Below are positions 1-9,909 of a stretch of 50,239 nucleotides of DNA, piece by piece. Numbering within the stretch: position 1 is the first letter of the stretch; the number at the start of each line of letters is the position of its first letter. Both the position numbers and the translations under genes were made by a program. Below the pieces are notes generated by a model. The model searched no databases, was not told the DNA's origin, and saw nothing but the letters and a program-made list of their open reading frames with translations. Origin of the DNA: Kiloniellales bacterium (GTDB taxonomy: Bacteria > Pseudomonadota > Alphaproteobacteria > Kiloniellales > JAKSDN01); NCBI GenBank assembly GCA_050330055.1, contig JBHJOF010000052.1, forward strand, positions 1 through 50,239, read 5' to 3'.

Positions 1-38
1 CCCTCCCCCTTGACGGGGGAGGGCCGGGGTGGGGGTGA
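1..38. repeat. REP-like palindromic intergenic repeat (probably truncated by the window edge)
   Basis: CCCTCCCCC-ttgac-GGGGGAGGG hairpin followed by ccGGGGTGGGGGTGA. This is the pattern of a common alphaproteobacterial intergenic repeat, and it lies just downstream of the torS stop. Confidence 0.7.
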
Positions 39-62
39 CTCAGGTAGTGCTGGAAGTTGGTA

Positions 63-3029
63 CTAGGCTTGTCCGGAGAGCAGGTCCCACGAGTCGCTGA
101 GCAGCCTGGTGGAATCCCGGTAGAGCGCATCGAAGCCGTTGAACAGCTCGGCAAGCTCCTTGGTCCTCCGGGCTTCTGCCGCTGCTTCCAGGGCGCTTAG
201 CCGTTGGGCGAGCCGTATCAGGCCCACGCTGCCTGCGGAGGCTTTCAGGCTGTGCGCGGCAAAGGAGACGGCGGCCAGGTCCTCGGCCGCAACGGCGGCG
301 CCCAGAGCCTCGACGCGCTCGGGGGTCGTGCCGAGGAACAGCTCAACCATGCGCCTGGTCCGCGCCGCGCCCATCACCTGCAGATCCCGGGCAAGGATTT
401 CGCCTGGCCGGTCGCCGCCATTGGCCGGGGCCATGTCCGGTCCTGCGCGCCAGGCCCGCCGTGCACCTCCTGACAGAACCTCGAACAACACCGCTTCCAG
501 GCGCTCCGGCGACATCGGCTTTCCGATGAAGGCGTCCATCCCGGCCTGAAGATGCTCGTCGATCTCACAGGTGAACACGTGCGCCGACATGGCGATGATC
601 GGTACGGCGCGCTTCTCGGCGTCGGGCAAGGCGCGGATACGCCGGGCCGCCTCGAGCCCGTCCATGCCAGGCAGGCTGATATCCATCAGCACGGCGTCGA
701 AATGGGCCTGTTCCACAGCTTGCAAGGCCTGGCGCCCGTCGGCGGCCAGAGTGACCCTGTGGCCCATGTTCTCAAGGAACGACTTGGCGACCAGTCGATT
801 GATCTCGTTGTCTTCGACCACGAGTATCGCGCGCGGGCCCAGATCTTGCGCCGCGCGGTGCTGGGAGGCGGGGGGCTGCTCTCTCGCCAGCGCTGCGCCC
901 GGCGCGAAGGACAGTGTGAACCAGAAGCGGCTGCCGAGGCCTTCCTTGCTTTCGACGCCCATTTCTCCGCCCATTGCCGTCACCAGCTTGTGGCAGATCG
1001 CCAGGCCGAGCCCGGTTCCGCCATAGTGGCGCGAGGCGGAGGAATCCGCCTGGAAGAAGGCTTCGAAGACCCTTTCCACCTGAGCTGCCGGCAGGCCGAT
1101 GCCACTGTCCACAACGTCGAAGCGCAGGCCGACGCGATCCGAATCGTCGTGCTCGAGCCGGGAGACTTCGAGCTTTACTCGGCCCACCTCGGTGAACTTC
1201 AGGCCATTGCCGATCAGATTGAAGAGAATCTGCCGCAGTTTCCCCGAATCTCCTTTGAGGAGGTCTGGCACGCTCTTGCCGTAGTCAGCAGTGAGTGCGA
1301 TCCCTTTCTCCTCCGCTCTCGGCTGCAGCAGCGAAAGGATGCCGTCCACCAGGCGCGTGAGGCTGAAGTCGCAAGACTCGAGCTGCAAGTGGCCAGACTC
1401 GATCTTGGAGTAGTCCAGAATGTCGTTGAGGATCGCGAGCAGGGCCTCGCCCGAGGATTGGACGATCTCCAGCTGACCTTGCTGATCGGCCGCAAGATCG
1501 CTTTTTCGCAGGACGCGCAGCATTCCGAGCATGCCGTTCATCGGCGTGCGGATCTCGTGGCTCATTGTGGCCAGGAACTCGGACTTGGCGCGGCTCGCCT
1601 GCTCGGCCTGCTCGCGCGCCCGGGCGTGCTCGGCCACCTCCTGCCGCAGGAGGCGATTGGCTTCGGACAGCTGCTCCGTGCGTTCTGTGACCAGCTCCTC
1701 CAGCCTGGTCTTGTGGCGACGCAGCTCTGCCGCCGTGCGCTCCCGCTCGATTTCGAGCTCGCGCTTGCTCACGGCCTCATCCTTGAAGAACTGCACGCTG
1801 CGCGCCATTTCGGACAGCTCGTCCCGGCCGCGCGTCTCGACCGGTACTTCGAGGTTGCCGTGCGCCAGCTCCGTCATCACGCCGGCCAGATGCCTGAGCC
1901 GCCGGATGATGTTGCCGCGGACATAGAAGACGATAATGCCGGCTGCGATCAGCAGCGCGACCAGCGAAGCGACGATGATTGTGGTCGTGCCGACTCTCAC
2001 CGCGGCTTCGGCATCGACGGCAGCGGCCTCGGTAAAGCCGCGCGATTCATCGACAAGCTGCGTCACTTCGCGGCGCAGCTGTTCCGATAGCTCGCGGTTC
2101 TCGGCGGCCAGCAGCGCGATCTCCGCTGCAACCGCAAGGATCTGGCGGCGCAGGCCGAAGAGGGTTTCGGCGTCGGATTCGATTGTCGAGGCGACAAGGC
2201 GCCCAAAGAGCTCCTGCGCCTGCGTCCGACGCACCGGATCCTGAATACCTGCGACGCGACGCCCGATAATCTCCAGGTTCCTGCGGATCGTCGCCTCGAC
2301 TTCTCCGATCTCGGAAGCGGTAGCGGCCGCATTCAGCTGAATCAGCAGCAGGCCGACCTGCGAGCTGCGCAGGCGGAGCTCGAACATGCCCTCCATCATG
2401 TAGAGATCCACCTCGACCAGGCGGTCGAGCGCCTGGAGGGCGGGCTCGATGTCATCCTCGTTCTCCACAAGGTCGTAGAGGTTCGCGATGACCGCCGAGC
2501 TGCCGGCCGCGGCGTTCGACACGAGGGTCTCGGTCAGGTCGGAAAGCCCGATCGTCGCCTGCCCCGCCTCGGAGATGAGGCGCCTGCTGCGGTCCTCTAG
2601 TGCCAGGCGTGCGCGAACCAGGTCGTTCTGCCGCTCCAGGTTCTGCAAGAAGCGCTCCGCTGAGCCGGTGAGCGCTTCGAGTGATCGCGGTGCAAGGCCG
2701 CCATCGTCAAGCCTGGCAAGAAGCCCGCGCAGATGTGAAGCCTGGGCGAAAAGGGTCTGCGCCTCCCGATCCCGCAGTTCCTCGCTAGGCGCGCCGGTCA
2801 GGAGCGGCGAAGCGGCCACCAGCTGGGCCGTAACCTCGGCGACCTCCCGTGCCTCGATCGCCGCCGGCATGGCCTGCTCGACGATCGTGGTCTGGGTAAC
2901 CGCAACTCGGCGCAGCTCGCGCCAGCCGACAACGCTGGAGACGATCGACAGCGCCATGATGCAAAGAAAGGCGAGGAAGAGCCTGCCGCCGATCCCCAGT
3001 CCGCCGCCGCGCGCGGGCCTTTCGCGCAT
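63..3029 (-). CDS. torS: Hybrid sensor histidine kinase, TMAO reductase system sensor TorS-like (988 aa)
   Basis: Start reassigned to ATG 3029 (MRERPARGG). Domains: TM, long helical periplasmic domain, TM, HAMP, HisKA ([11 protein letters not shown]), HATPase ([16 protein letters not shown]), receiver (VLMDISLP) and Hpt (AHSLKASAG). Divergent from torT, as in the known torS/torT arrangement. Confidence 0.85.
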   Translation of the reverse strand: MRERPARGGGLGIGGRLFLAFLCIMALSIVSSVVGWRELRRVAVTQTTIVEQAMPAAIEAREVAEVTAQLVAASPLLTGAPSEELRDREAQTLFAQASHLRGLLARLDDGGLAPRSLEALTGSAERFLQNLERQNDLVRARLALEDRSRRLISEAGQATIGLSDLTETLVSNAAAGSSAVIANLYDLVENEDDIEPALQALDRLVEVDLYMMEGMFELRLRSSQVGLLLIQLNAAATASEIGEVEATIRRNLEIIGRRVAGIQDPVRRTQAQELFGRLVASTIESDAETLFGLRRQILAVAAEIALLAAENRELSEQLRREVTQLVDESRGFTEAAAVDAEAAVRVGTTTIIVASLVALLIAAGIIVFYVRGNIIRRLRHLAGVMTELAHGNLEVPVETRGRDELSEMARSVQFFKDEAVSKRELEIERERTAAELRRHKTRLEELVTERTEQLSEANRLLRQEVAEHARAREQAEQASRAKSEFLATMSHEIRTPMNGMLGMLRVLRKSDLAADQQGQLEIVQSSGEALLAILNDILDYSKIESGHLQLESCDFSLTRLVDGILSLLQPRAEEKGIALTADYGKSVPDLLKGDSGKLRQILFNLIGNGLKFTEVGRVKLEVSRLEHDDSDRVGLRFDVVDSGIGLPAAQVERVFEAFFQADSSASRHYGGTGLGLAICHKLVTAMGGEMGVESKEGLGSRFWFTLSFAPGAALAREQPPASQHRAAQDLGPRAILVVEDNEINRLVAKSFLENMGHRVTLAADGRQALQAVEQAHFDAVLMDISLPGMDGLEAARRIRALPDAEKRAVPIIAMSAHVFTCEIDEHLQAGMDAFIGKPMSPERLEAVLFEVLSGGARRAWRAGPDMAPANGGDRPGEILARDLQVMGAARTRRMVELFLGTTPERVEALGAAVAAEDLAAVSFAAHSLKASAGSVGLIRLAQRLSALEAAAEARRTKELAELFNGFDALYRDSTRLLSDSWDLLSGQA

Positions 3030-3167
3030 GTCGCACCCCGACAGTTTGTCGCTTTCGGTCCGCAAAAGCCGTCCGAAACGTCGAGTTTCTCTCCTGCCCG
3101 AGTATAATGTCTTCGCGGTCTTGCCTTTGGAAGGGCAAAGACCAGCGCGCAGGGAGAAGACTTTCAC

Positions 3168-4232
3168 GTGAAACGGCTGGTATCGTCGCTCGTTTCGGTC
3201 GTGGCGCTCGCTGGGGCGGCCGTTGCGGCATGGGCCGGTGACGGAACTTGGCGCCTCGAGACCTGGCAGCCGCCGTTCGACTACGCGAATCCGTCCCAGG
3301 TCATCGACTATCGTCCGCTCGAACGCGCAACGCAGCCATGGCGGCTCTGCGCCTCCTACCCGCACCTCAAGGACTCCTACTGGATCAGCGTCAACTACGG
3401 CATGGTCGAGGAGGCGCGCCGCCTGGGCATCCGGCTTCGCGTGCTCGAGGCGGGCGGCTACCCGAATCTGGACCGCCAGCGCGCCCAGATCGGCGACTGC
3501 GTGGCCTGGGGTGCCGATGCGCTCGTTGTCGGAACCGTCTCCTATCGCGGTCTGACGGACCTGATCCTTGAGATATCACAGACCACGCCCGTGATTGCGG
3601 CGGTGAACGACATCGCCGACGACGGGATTACAGCCAAGTCCGGGGTTTCCTGGGTGAGCCTGGGAGCGCGGACTGGCGAATTTCTCGCCGCCCTGCACCC
3701 GAAGGGCAGCGCGCCGGTCCGGATCGCTTGGTTTCCCGGCCCCGAAGGGGCCGGCTGGACCGACTTCGTCGAGGAAGGCTTCATCGGTGCCATCGCCGAC
3801 AGCGCGGTCGAGGTCGTGCTCACCAAGTACGGCGACACCGGCAAGGAGATCCAGCTCATCCTCATCGAAGAAGCGCTCGAGGAACGGCCCGACCTCGACT
3901 ACATCGTGGGCAGCGCCGTGACCGCCGAGGCCGCTATCAGTGTGCTACGCGCCCGGGGGCTCATCGACCGGATCGAGGTGGTGGCGGATTACTTCACCCA
4001 TGCGGTGTACCGCGGCATCAAGCGTGGCCGTATCCTGGCGGCGCCCACCGATTTTCCGGTGTTGCAGGGTCGCCTGGCGATTGATCAGGCGATTCGATCC
4101 CTTGAAGGCAAGCTCGATGTCTTGCACGCCGGGCCCGTTGTCCAGATGGTGACCCCTGACAACGTCGATGTCATTGGTCCGGAAGAATCCCTGGCCCCTG
4201 CCTGGTTCGCGCCAACGTTTACGGTCGAATAG
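3168..4232 (+). CDS. torT: Periplasmic TMAO-binding co-sensor TorT
   Basis: N-terminal signal peptide and periplasmic binding protein type 1 fold, with the TorT-typical segment [24 protein letters not shown] and AWFPGP. Adjacent to a TorS-like kinase. Confidence 0.9.
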   Translation: MKRLVSSLVSVVALAGAAVAAWAGDGTWRLETWQPPFDYANPSQVIDYRPLERATQPWRLCASYPHLKDSYWISVNYGMVEEARRLGIRLRVLEAGGYPNLDRQRAQIGDCVAWGADALVVGTVSYRGLTDLILEISQTTPVIAAVNDIADDGITAKSGVSWVSLGARTGEFLAALHPKGSAPVRIAWFPGPEGAGWTDFVEEGFIGAIADSAVEVVLTKYGDTGKEIQLILIEEALEERPDLDYIVGSAVTAEAAISVLRARGLIDRIEVVADYFTHAVYRGIKRGRILAAPTDFPVLQGRLAIDQAIRSLEGKLDVLHAGPVVQMVTPDNVDVIGPEESLAPAWFAPTFTVE

Positions 4233-4246
4233 TCTCCTATCGACAG

Positions 4247-4559
4247 ATGCTCAAGGGCATTCACATGCTGAGCCGCCGATCCCCGTCAGTGAAGGGCTCC
4301 GCCGATCTCCTCAACGCCGGCGCGACGGCCGGCACGCGGCTCGCCGATGGGCGCGGGGCTCGGAGTCCGCACCATCGTCACGACCCTTCGCCCAGCTGGA
4401 AAGGAACGGATGCGCCGTCGGATGGAGGTAATCGCATCGAGCCGTCTCGATATACGTCCGCTCGTCACCCACTGTGTCGGGCTGGACCGGATCGAGGAGG
4501 GATACGACCTCTTCGCCAATCAGTGCGGTGGCGCCCTCGAGGCGGCGACTATGCCTTAA
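4247..4559 (+). pseudogene. Remnant of a zinc-type NAD(P)-dependent alcohol dehydrogenase
   Basis: 4347-4559 reads GLGVRTIVTTLRPAGKERMRRRMEVIASSRLDIRPLVTH..LDRIEEGYDLFANQ, a degraded MDR-ADH C-terminus. Upstream, in another frame, ATAGTRL..MGA resembles an internal ADH segment. Most of the gene is deleted. Confidence 0.7.
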
Positions 4560-4636
4560 TGGTCGCCCGCTTCGGTTCAAGCCTCTGAGGCTGACCGGCC
4601 AGGGATGGTCCAACGACATCGAAGGAGCAGGACGCC

Positions 4637-7408
4637 ATGCGCAGTCTGAAATCCAAACGCGCGTCCTCGCCGTCGGTCGTGCATCCGAAGCCGGAGGCGG
4701 GTTCCCGGATGACCATGCCAGACCTCGCATGGCATGCCGTCGCCACCGACGAGGCCCTTGATGCCCTTCAGGCGAGTGCCGACGGTCTTTCGGAGGAGGA
4801 AACCAGGCGCCGCCTGGAGGCCTACGGCCCCAATCGTCTGCCGCAGGGTCCGCGCCGCAGCGCCTTCATGCGCCTCCTGCGTCAGTTCCACAACCTGCTC
4901 ATCTACGTCCTGCTTGCCGCTGCCGTACTCGCGGCGGCGATCGGCGACGGCACGGATGCGGTGGTCATTCTCGGCGTTGTCATCGTCAACGCGATGATCG
5001 GATTCGTCCAGGAGGGGCGCGCCGAGAGGGCGCTGGAGGCGATCCGCGGGATGATCGACCCGAACGCCTCGGTGGTCCGAGCCGGCCGTCGGGTGACGAT
5101 CCGTGCCGACGAGGTGGTGCCGGGCGATATCGTCCTGCTCGACGCGGGCGACCGGGTTCCAGCCGACCTGCGCCTTGTCAAGGCACGCAATCTCCGGGTG
5201 GACGAGGCCATTCTCACCGGCGAATCCGTGCCGGTGGACAAGACAGTGAAGGCTGTCGATGCCGGTGCCGCGCTCGGTGACCGTTTCTCGATGGTGTTCT
5301 CCGGGACCTTCGTCACCGGCGGCCAGGGAGCCGGGGTCGCCATCGCGACCGGGGCCGCCACGGAACTCGGGCGGATCAGCGCCATGATTGGGACGGTGGA
5401 GCAACTGACCACGCCGCTCATCCGCCAGATGGACAGGCTTTCGCGCCAGATCACGATCGTGGTTCTGTCCCTCTCGTCGCTGGTCTTCGCCTTCGCCGTC
5501 CTGCTGCGCAGCTATGCTTACGACGAGGCCTTCATGGTGGTTGTCGGGTTGGCGGTGGCGGCCATCCCCGAGGGCCTTCCGGCGGTCATGACCATAACCC
5601 TTGCGGTGGGCGTCCAGCGGATGGCGGCCCGCAACGCCATCATCCGCAGGCTGCCCGCCGTCGAGACGCTCGGCTCCGTGTCGGTGATCTGCTCGGACAA
5701 GACCGGCACCCTCACCCGGAACGAGATGACGGTGAGTACGGTGGTGAGCGCAGACTGCCGTATCGAGGTGGGCGGGACGGGCTACGAGCCCGCGGGAAGT
5801 TTCCGGACGGATGCGCAGGAGGCCATCGACCCGGCGGCCGATCCAGTCCTCGAGGAGCTCACGCTCGCTGGCCTCCTGTGCAACGATTCGGATCTGCGAC
5901 AAACGGACGGCGAGTGGCTGGTCGACGGCGATCCCATGGAGGGGGCACTGGTCTCTCTGGCGATCAAGGCCGGACACGACGCCGTGGCCGCTCGCACGGG
6001 CTTCGTCCGGCTCGACGAGATTCCCTTCGATTCCCGTCACCGCTACATGGCGACGTTGCACGCTGCCTCGGGCGATCGTCGGAACGCATACGTCAAGGGG
6101 GCGCCCGAGCGCATCCTGGCGATGAGTGCGCATGTCGCCACCCGCGATGGTGATCTGCCGGTCGATGCAGACCGCTGGCACCGCCAGATCGAAAGCCTCG
6201 CGGCCAATGGCCAGCGCGTGATCGCCCTTGCCCGGCGGGAGATGGCAAACGATACGCACGTCCTTTCGCCGCCGGACGTGGAGCAGGGGCTGACTCTTCT
6301 GGGCCTCGTCGGACTGATAGATCCCCCACGTCCCGAAGCCGTCGCGGCGATCGCGGAATGTCAAGCCGCAGGCATCCGGGTCAAGATGATCACCGGCGAT
6401 CACGCGGCAACCGCGCGCGCCATCGCTCTCCAACTCGGCCTCGCCAAGGATCCCAAGGCCGTCACGGGCAGCAACCTCGACGAGGTCGAGGACGCACTCT
6501 TCCATGGACATGCGCAGGAGGCGACGGTCTTCGCCCGCACAAGTCCCGAGCACAAGCTGCGGCTGGTCGAGGCGCTTCAGAAGGACGGCTCCATCGTCGC
6601 CATGACCGGCGACGGCGTGAACGATGCCCCCGCGCTCAAGCGCGCGGATGTCGGCGTCTCGATGGGCCGGAAGGGGACTGAAGCCGCCAAGGAAGCGAGC
6701 GAGATGGTGCTCGCCGACGACAATTTCGCCTCGATCGTCGCCGCGGTGCGCGAAGGCCGAACCGTCTACGACAATCTTAGGAAGGTGATCTCGTTCCTGC
6801 TCCCGATCAATGGGGGTGAATCGATGGTGATCATCCTGGCCGTTCTGCTCGGGTTTGCTCTGCCGGTCACGCCGCTGCAGATCCTCTGGGTCAACATGGT
6901 CAGTTCCGTCGCGCTGGCGCTCACTCTTGCCTTTGAGCCGACCGAGCCCGGCACCATGCTGCGCCCGCCGCGCAGCCCGGGCGAGGCACTGATCTCCGGC
7001 CGGGTCCTGTGGCGCATCCTGTTCGTGTCCGGGCTTATGGTCGCAGGGACATTTGGCATCTATGCCTGGGCGATCACGAGGGGTCTGCCGGTCGAGACGG
7101 CCCGCACCATGGCCGTCAATACCCTGGTCGTCATGGAGATATTCTATCTGTTCAGCGTGCGCTTCGTGCACGGCACGTCGCTGACTTTGCGGGGCGTTCT
7201 CGGCACCCGCGCGGTCCTCGTCGGCATCGCAACCGTGACAGCCGCGCAGTTTGCCTTCACCTACCTGCCGCCGATGCAGGCGATCTTCGGGAGCCGTCCG
7301 GTGTCTCTTGGCGACGGCATCGTGATCGTCGGGGTCGGTGCGCTGCTGCTCGTGATCGTGGAAGCGGAGAAGCGCATTGTCGCCCTGCTGAGCACTGGGC
7401 GAGCTTGA
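4637..7408 (+). CDS. Cation-transporting P-type ATPase (type II, Ca2+/CtpF-like)
   Basis: TGES, PEGL, DKTGTLT phosphorylation motif, KGAPE, MITGD and TGDGVNDAPAL motifs; about 10 TM segments; GGAG RBS upstream. Confidence 0.95.
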   Translation: MRSLKSKRASSPSVVHPKPEAGSRMTMPDLAWHAVATDEALDALQASADGLSEEETRRRLEAYGPNRLPQGPRRSAFMRLLRQFHNLLIYVLLAAAVLAAAIGDGTDAVVILGVVIVNAMIGFVQEGRAERALEAIRGMIDPNASVVRAGRRVTIRADEVVPGDIVLLDAGDRVPADLRLVKARNLRVDEAILTGESVPVDKTVKAVDAGAALGDRFSMVFSGTFVTGGQGAGVAIATGAATELGRISAMIGTVEQLTTPLIRQMDRLSRQITIVVLSLSSLVFAFAVLLRSYAYDEAFMVVVGLAVAAIPEGLPAVMTITLAVGVQRMAARNAIIRRLPAVETLGSVSVICSDKTGTLTRNEMTVSTVVSADCRIEVGGTGYEPAGSFRTDAQEAIDPAADPVLEELTLAGLLCNDSDLRQTDGEWLVDGDPMEGALVSLAIKAGHDAVAARTGFVRLDEIPFDSRHRYMATLHAASGDRRNAYVKGAPERILAMSAHVATRDGDLPVDADRWHRQIESLAANGQRVIALARREMANDTHVLSPPDVEQGLTLLGLVGLIDPPRPEAVAAIAECQAAGIRVKMITGDHAATARAIALQLGLAKDPKAVTGSNLDEVEDALFHGHAQEATVFARTSPEHKLRLVEALQKDGSIVAMTGDGVNDAPALKRADVGVSMGRKGTEAAKEASEMVLADDNFASIVAAVREGRTVYDNLRKVISFLLPINGGESMVIILAVLLGFALPVTPLQILWVNMVSSVALALTLAFEPTEPGTMLRPPRSPGEALISGRVLWRILFVSGLMVAGTFGIYAWAITRGLPVETARTMAVNTLVVMEIFYLFSVRFVHGTSLTLRGVLGTRAVLVGIATVTAAQFAFTYLPPMQAIFGSRPVSLGDGIVIVGVGALLLVIVEAEKRIVALLSTGRA

Positions 7409-7662
7409 GCAAGGACGGATACGCGAATCCGATCATCGTCATACTCATCATGGCCTGGATGACCGGCGGGCTGGAGGACAAGCACTTGCCGACGTGGTGT
7501 CCAGTGCCATTCATCTTTCGATAGGGAGAAGTGCCTTGGCCACTTTTGCCTCGTGCAGCTCTCGATCGGACCATGCCGGGCTTGACGCAGCCACTCCTGC
7601 CGCCGCACCAGCGCTGAAGGGGGCCGATCGCCCTGCTCGTCAAGGGACGAAGGCCCAGGCGG

Positions 7663-8781
7663 TTACAGGCGGAACCTGAAGGTCGCGGCAGCCGGGCTCC
7701 CATTCGGCAAGCTTGCGGCACCCAGCGGCAAGACCTCGCCGCCCGCGCCAAGCGTTAGCCCAACCAGCTCGTCGATCACATCGTAGGTGTCAGCCCCCGA
7801 TCTGGTCGCCAGCTTGATCGCGCCTGTCTCGGGATCGACAGCGCCCGGATGGGGCGCTGCAACGTCGACGAGCAGCGTCGCGATACCGCCTTTGACGGCG
7901 GCGCGCGCAATCTCCGCCACGTCCGTGCTGGCCAGGGCGTCGCCGGCACGATGCTCGACCTGCATCAGGCGCTCTCGGATCACTTTTCTGGCGTGCCTGC
8001 GGGCCATGTCGCGCGCCTTCTTTGCCAGCTCTGCTTCGGACGTCTGCTCCGGGTTTCCTGCGATCACGGACTTGAGAAGGTGTGGGTAGCTGTTGTGCAT
8101 CCGGTAGATCGCCGCCAGCTCTCCCACCGAAGCCAGGATCAGCGGTACCCTCAAACCGGTGAGGATGGGCCTCAGCGCCCGATCCACGATCCGGCAATAC
8201 TGGCCCGTTAGGACACGCATTCCCTCGCTGCCCTGGATGCGGCCGCTCGGTGCCCGGTCACGCGGCAGCTGGCGCCTGACCGCATCGGACATGTTCCTTG
8301 GCAGGTCGTCGACCTTCACCCGTCCCGCGAAGGCGGATGTGACCTCGATGAAGCGCGTGGCGCCTTGCGACAGGGCCAGCACGAAGCTGGCGCCCGGGAA
8401 GGCCAAGAGCGGCACCAGAGGCTTGACATGAAAGCGGTCGGACACCTCCGCCGCCTGCGCCGGCGCGATCGGCAGGCGGAAGGTCCTGACCTCCTCCGGC
8501 GTTGCGAACACGGCGAGACCATCCGCCAGGTAGGCCCAAAACAGGTCGTCGTCGTGCAACTCCATGAGGGACGCCTCGATGGACGCCACCTTGCGCTTGT
8601 TGGCCTTGGCATCCTTGAGCTGGCCGATGGCCTTAGTGGCCAGGTTCTTGAACAGGATGCAGTCGCCCTTGGCCGCACGGGTGACCGGCGTGGTCGGAAG
8701 GTAGAGCGAGACGCAGATGCCGCCGCGGAAGGCGTTGAGCTCGCGCAGCTCGGTCTCGCTCGGGATGTCGGTGTGAAGCAT
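7663..8781 (-). CDS. Bacterial archaeo-eukaryotic release factor-like protein (baeRF, probably family 11 or 3)
   Basis: VSLYLPTTP, GLAVFA, VSDRFHVKPL, FVLALSQ, and a C-terminal L7Ae-like region (IARAAVKGGIATLLVD...GGEVL), as seen in baeRF families. No GGQ motif. Confidence 0.7.
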   Translation of the reverse strand: MLHTDIPSETELRELNAFRGGICVSLYLPTTPVTRAAKGDCILFKNLATKAIGQLKDAKANKRKVASIEASLMELHDDDLFWAYLADGLAVFATPEEVRTFRLPIAPAQAAEVSDRFHVKPLVPLLAFPGASFVLALSQGATRFIEVTSAFAGRVKVDDLPRNMSDAVRRQLPRDRAPSGRIQGSEGMRVLTGQYCRIVDRALRPILTGLRVPLILASVGELAAIYRMHNSYPHLLKSVIAGNPEQTSEAELAKKARDMARRHARKVIRERLMQVEHRAGDALASTDVAEIARAAVKGGIATLLVDVAAPHPGAVDPETGAIKLATRSGADTYDVIDELVGLTLGAGGEVLPLGAASLPNGSPAAATFRFRL

Positions 8782-8827
8782 GTCGAACTCCTATCGGCTT
8801 CGTGGCAGCCCCCGGAGGGGATGCGGT

Positions 8828-9139
8828 TCAGCTTCCGGCCCGCTTGTCGCTTCGGCCACTCGTGACCAGCGCGGCCTTTCCGAGCAGATGCGCGCTGACG
8901 GGCGCCGTGATGAAAAGAAAGAGTGAGATTGCGAGCTCCCTCAGGCTCAGGCTGCCGCTCACGGCGCTGGAGTGAACCAGCGAGGCGATCACGATCGATC
9001 CTACGCCGAGCGTCGTAGCCTTGGTCGGGCCGTGCAAGCGGGTGAAGAAGTCCGGCAGGCGCGCGAGCCCGATCGAGCCGAAGAGCGCGAAGGCCGCGCC
9101 GATCAGGATAAGTACGGATGTCACCAGCTCGGTTAGCAT
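8828..9139 (-). CDS. mrpG: Mrp/Pha Na+/H+ antiporter subunit G
   Basis: GLARLPDFFTRLHGPTKATTLG motif; last gene of the mrp operon. Confidence 0.95.
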   Translation of the reverse strand: MLTELVTSVLILIGAAFALFGSIGLARLPDFFTRLHGPTKATTLGVGSIVIASLVHSSAVSGSLSLRELAISLFLFITAPVSAHLLGKAALVTSGRSDKRAGS

Positions 9140-9148
9140 GTCTGGCTC

Positions 9149-9418
9149 CTACTCTATGATGTCGCCGCTCAGGAGGAACTTGCAGAGCGCCACCGTCCCG
9201 ACGAAGCCCATCATGGCGATGAGGAGTGCGGCCTCGAAGAAAACCGCGGACGAAAGGCCAATACCCACCAGCATGACGAGGGCTATGGTGTTTATGGCAA
9301 GCGTATCGAGCGCCAGGATGCGGTCCGGCTTGCTCGGGCCCCTGATGAGCCGCCAGAGATTGAGCGCTATGGCGATCGCAAGGGCCGTCAGGGCGAGGGA
9401 AATTGCGATGCTCAGCAT
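9149..9418 (-). CDS. mrpF: Mrp/Pha antiporter subunit F
   Basis: RLIRGPSKPDRILALDTL motif and 3 TM segments. Confidence 0.95.
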   Translation of the reverse strand: MLSIAISLALTALAIAIALNLWRLIRGPSKPDRILALDTLAINTIALVMLVGIGLSSAVFFEAALLIAMMGFVGTVALCKFLLSGDIIE

Positions 9419-9909
9419 CCGAAGATCTCCTTCAGCGGAACCTCGTAGCGCGACTTGATCGTGGCGATCATCTCGGATTGGTCCTCAACGTCCAAGGCAT
9501 GGACCGTCAGCACGCGACGCTCGCGGTCGATCTCGATCGAAACGGTGCCGGGCGTCAACGAAACGATGCTGCCGAGCAGGGTGGCGACGAAGGGATCGTC
9601 GATCTCGATGGGGATCTGCACGAACGCCGGGCGGAGCCGCTCGAGCGGCCCAACGATCAGGCGCGCCACCTGCCAGTTTGCGATGAGAATGTCGCCGACG
9701 ACGCGGACGAACAGCACGACGCCGCGGATCGGACGGGCGACGCCGGGGTGGTCCGGCCAGAAGCTCTGGGTAAGCCATGGAATGGCCAGGCCCAGGATCG
9801 TGCCGAGCAGCAGATTGCCGAGACTCGGGCTTGACGCGAGCACCATCCAAAGCCCGAGGATCCCGAGCGTCATGATCGGTTGCGGAACGAGGCGTTCGAT
9901 CAGGCTCAT
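9412..9909 (-). CDS. mrpE: Mrp/Pha antiporter subunit E
   Basis: True start is ATG 9909 (MSLIERLVP), overlapping the mrpD stop. SLTPGTVS and IKSRYEVPLKEIF motifs. Confidence 0.93.
   Translation of the reverse strand: MSLIERLVPQPIMTLGILGLWMVLASSPSLGNLLLGTILGLAIPWLTQSFWPDHPGVARPIRGVVLFVRVVGDILIANWQVARLIVGPLERLRPAFVQIPIEIDDPFVATLLGSIVSLTPGTVSIEIDRERRVLTVHALDVEDQSEMIATIKSRYEVPLKEIFGC

Noticed and set aside
3030-3365. 112-aa N-terminal extension of the 1100-aa torS ORF
   Set aside because: It overlaps torT on the opposite strand and has no protein-like features. The TM segment begins just after ATG 3029.
4577-7171. 864-aa minus-strand ORF
   Set aside because: Antisense shadow of the P-type ATPase, a typical high-GC artefact with no motifs.
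7409-7662. Short hydrophobic stretch (YANPIIVILIMAWMTGG) after the ATPase stop
   Set aside because: No plausible start or RBS and no recognisable family. It may be a gene scrap, but this cannot be supported.
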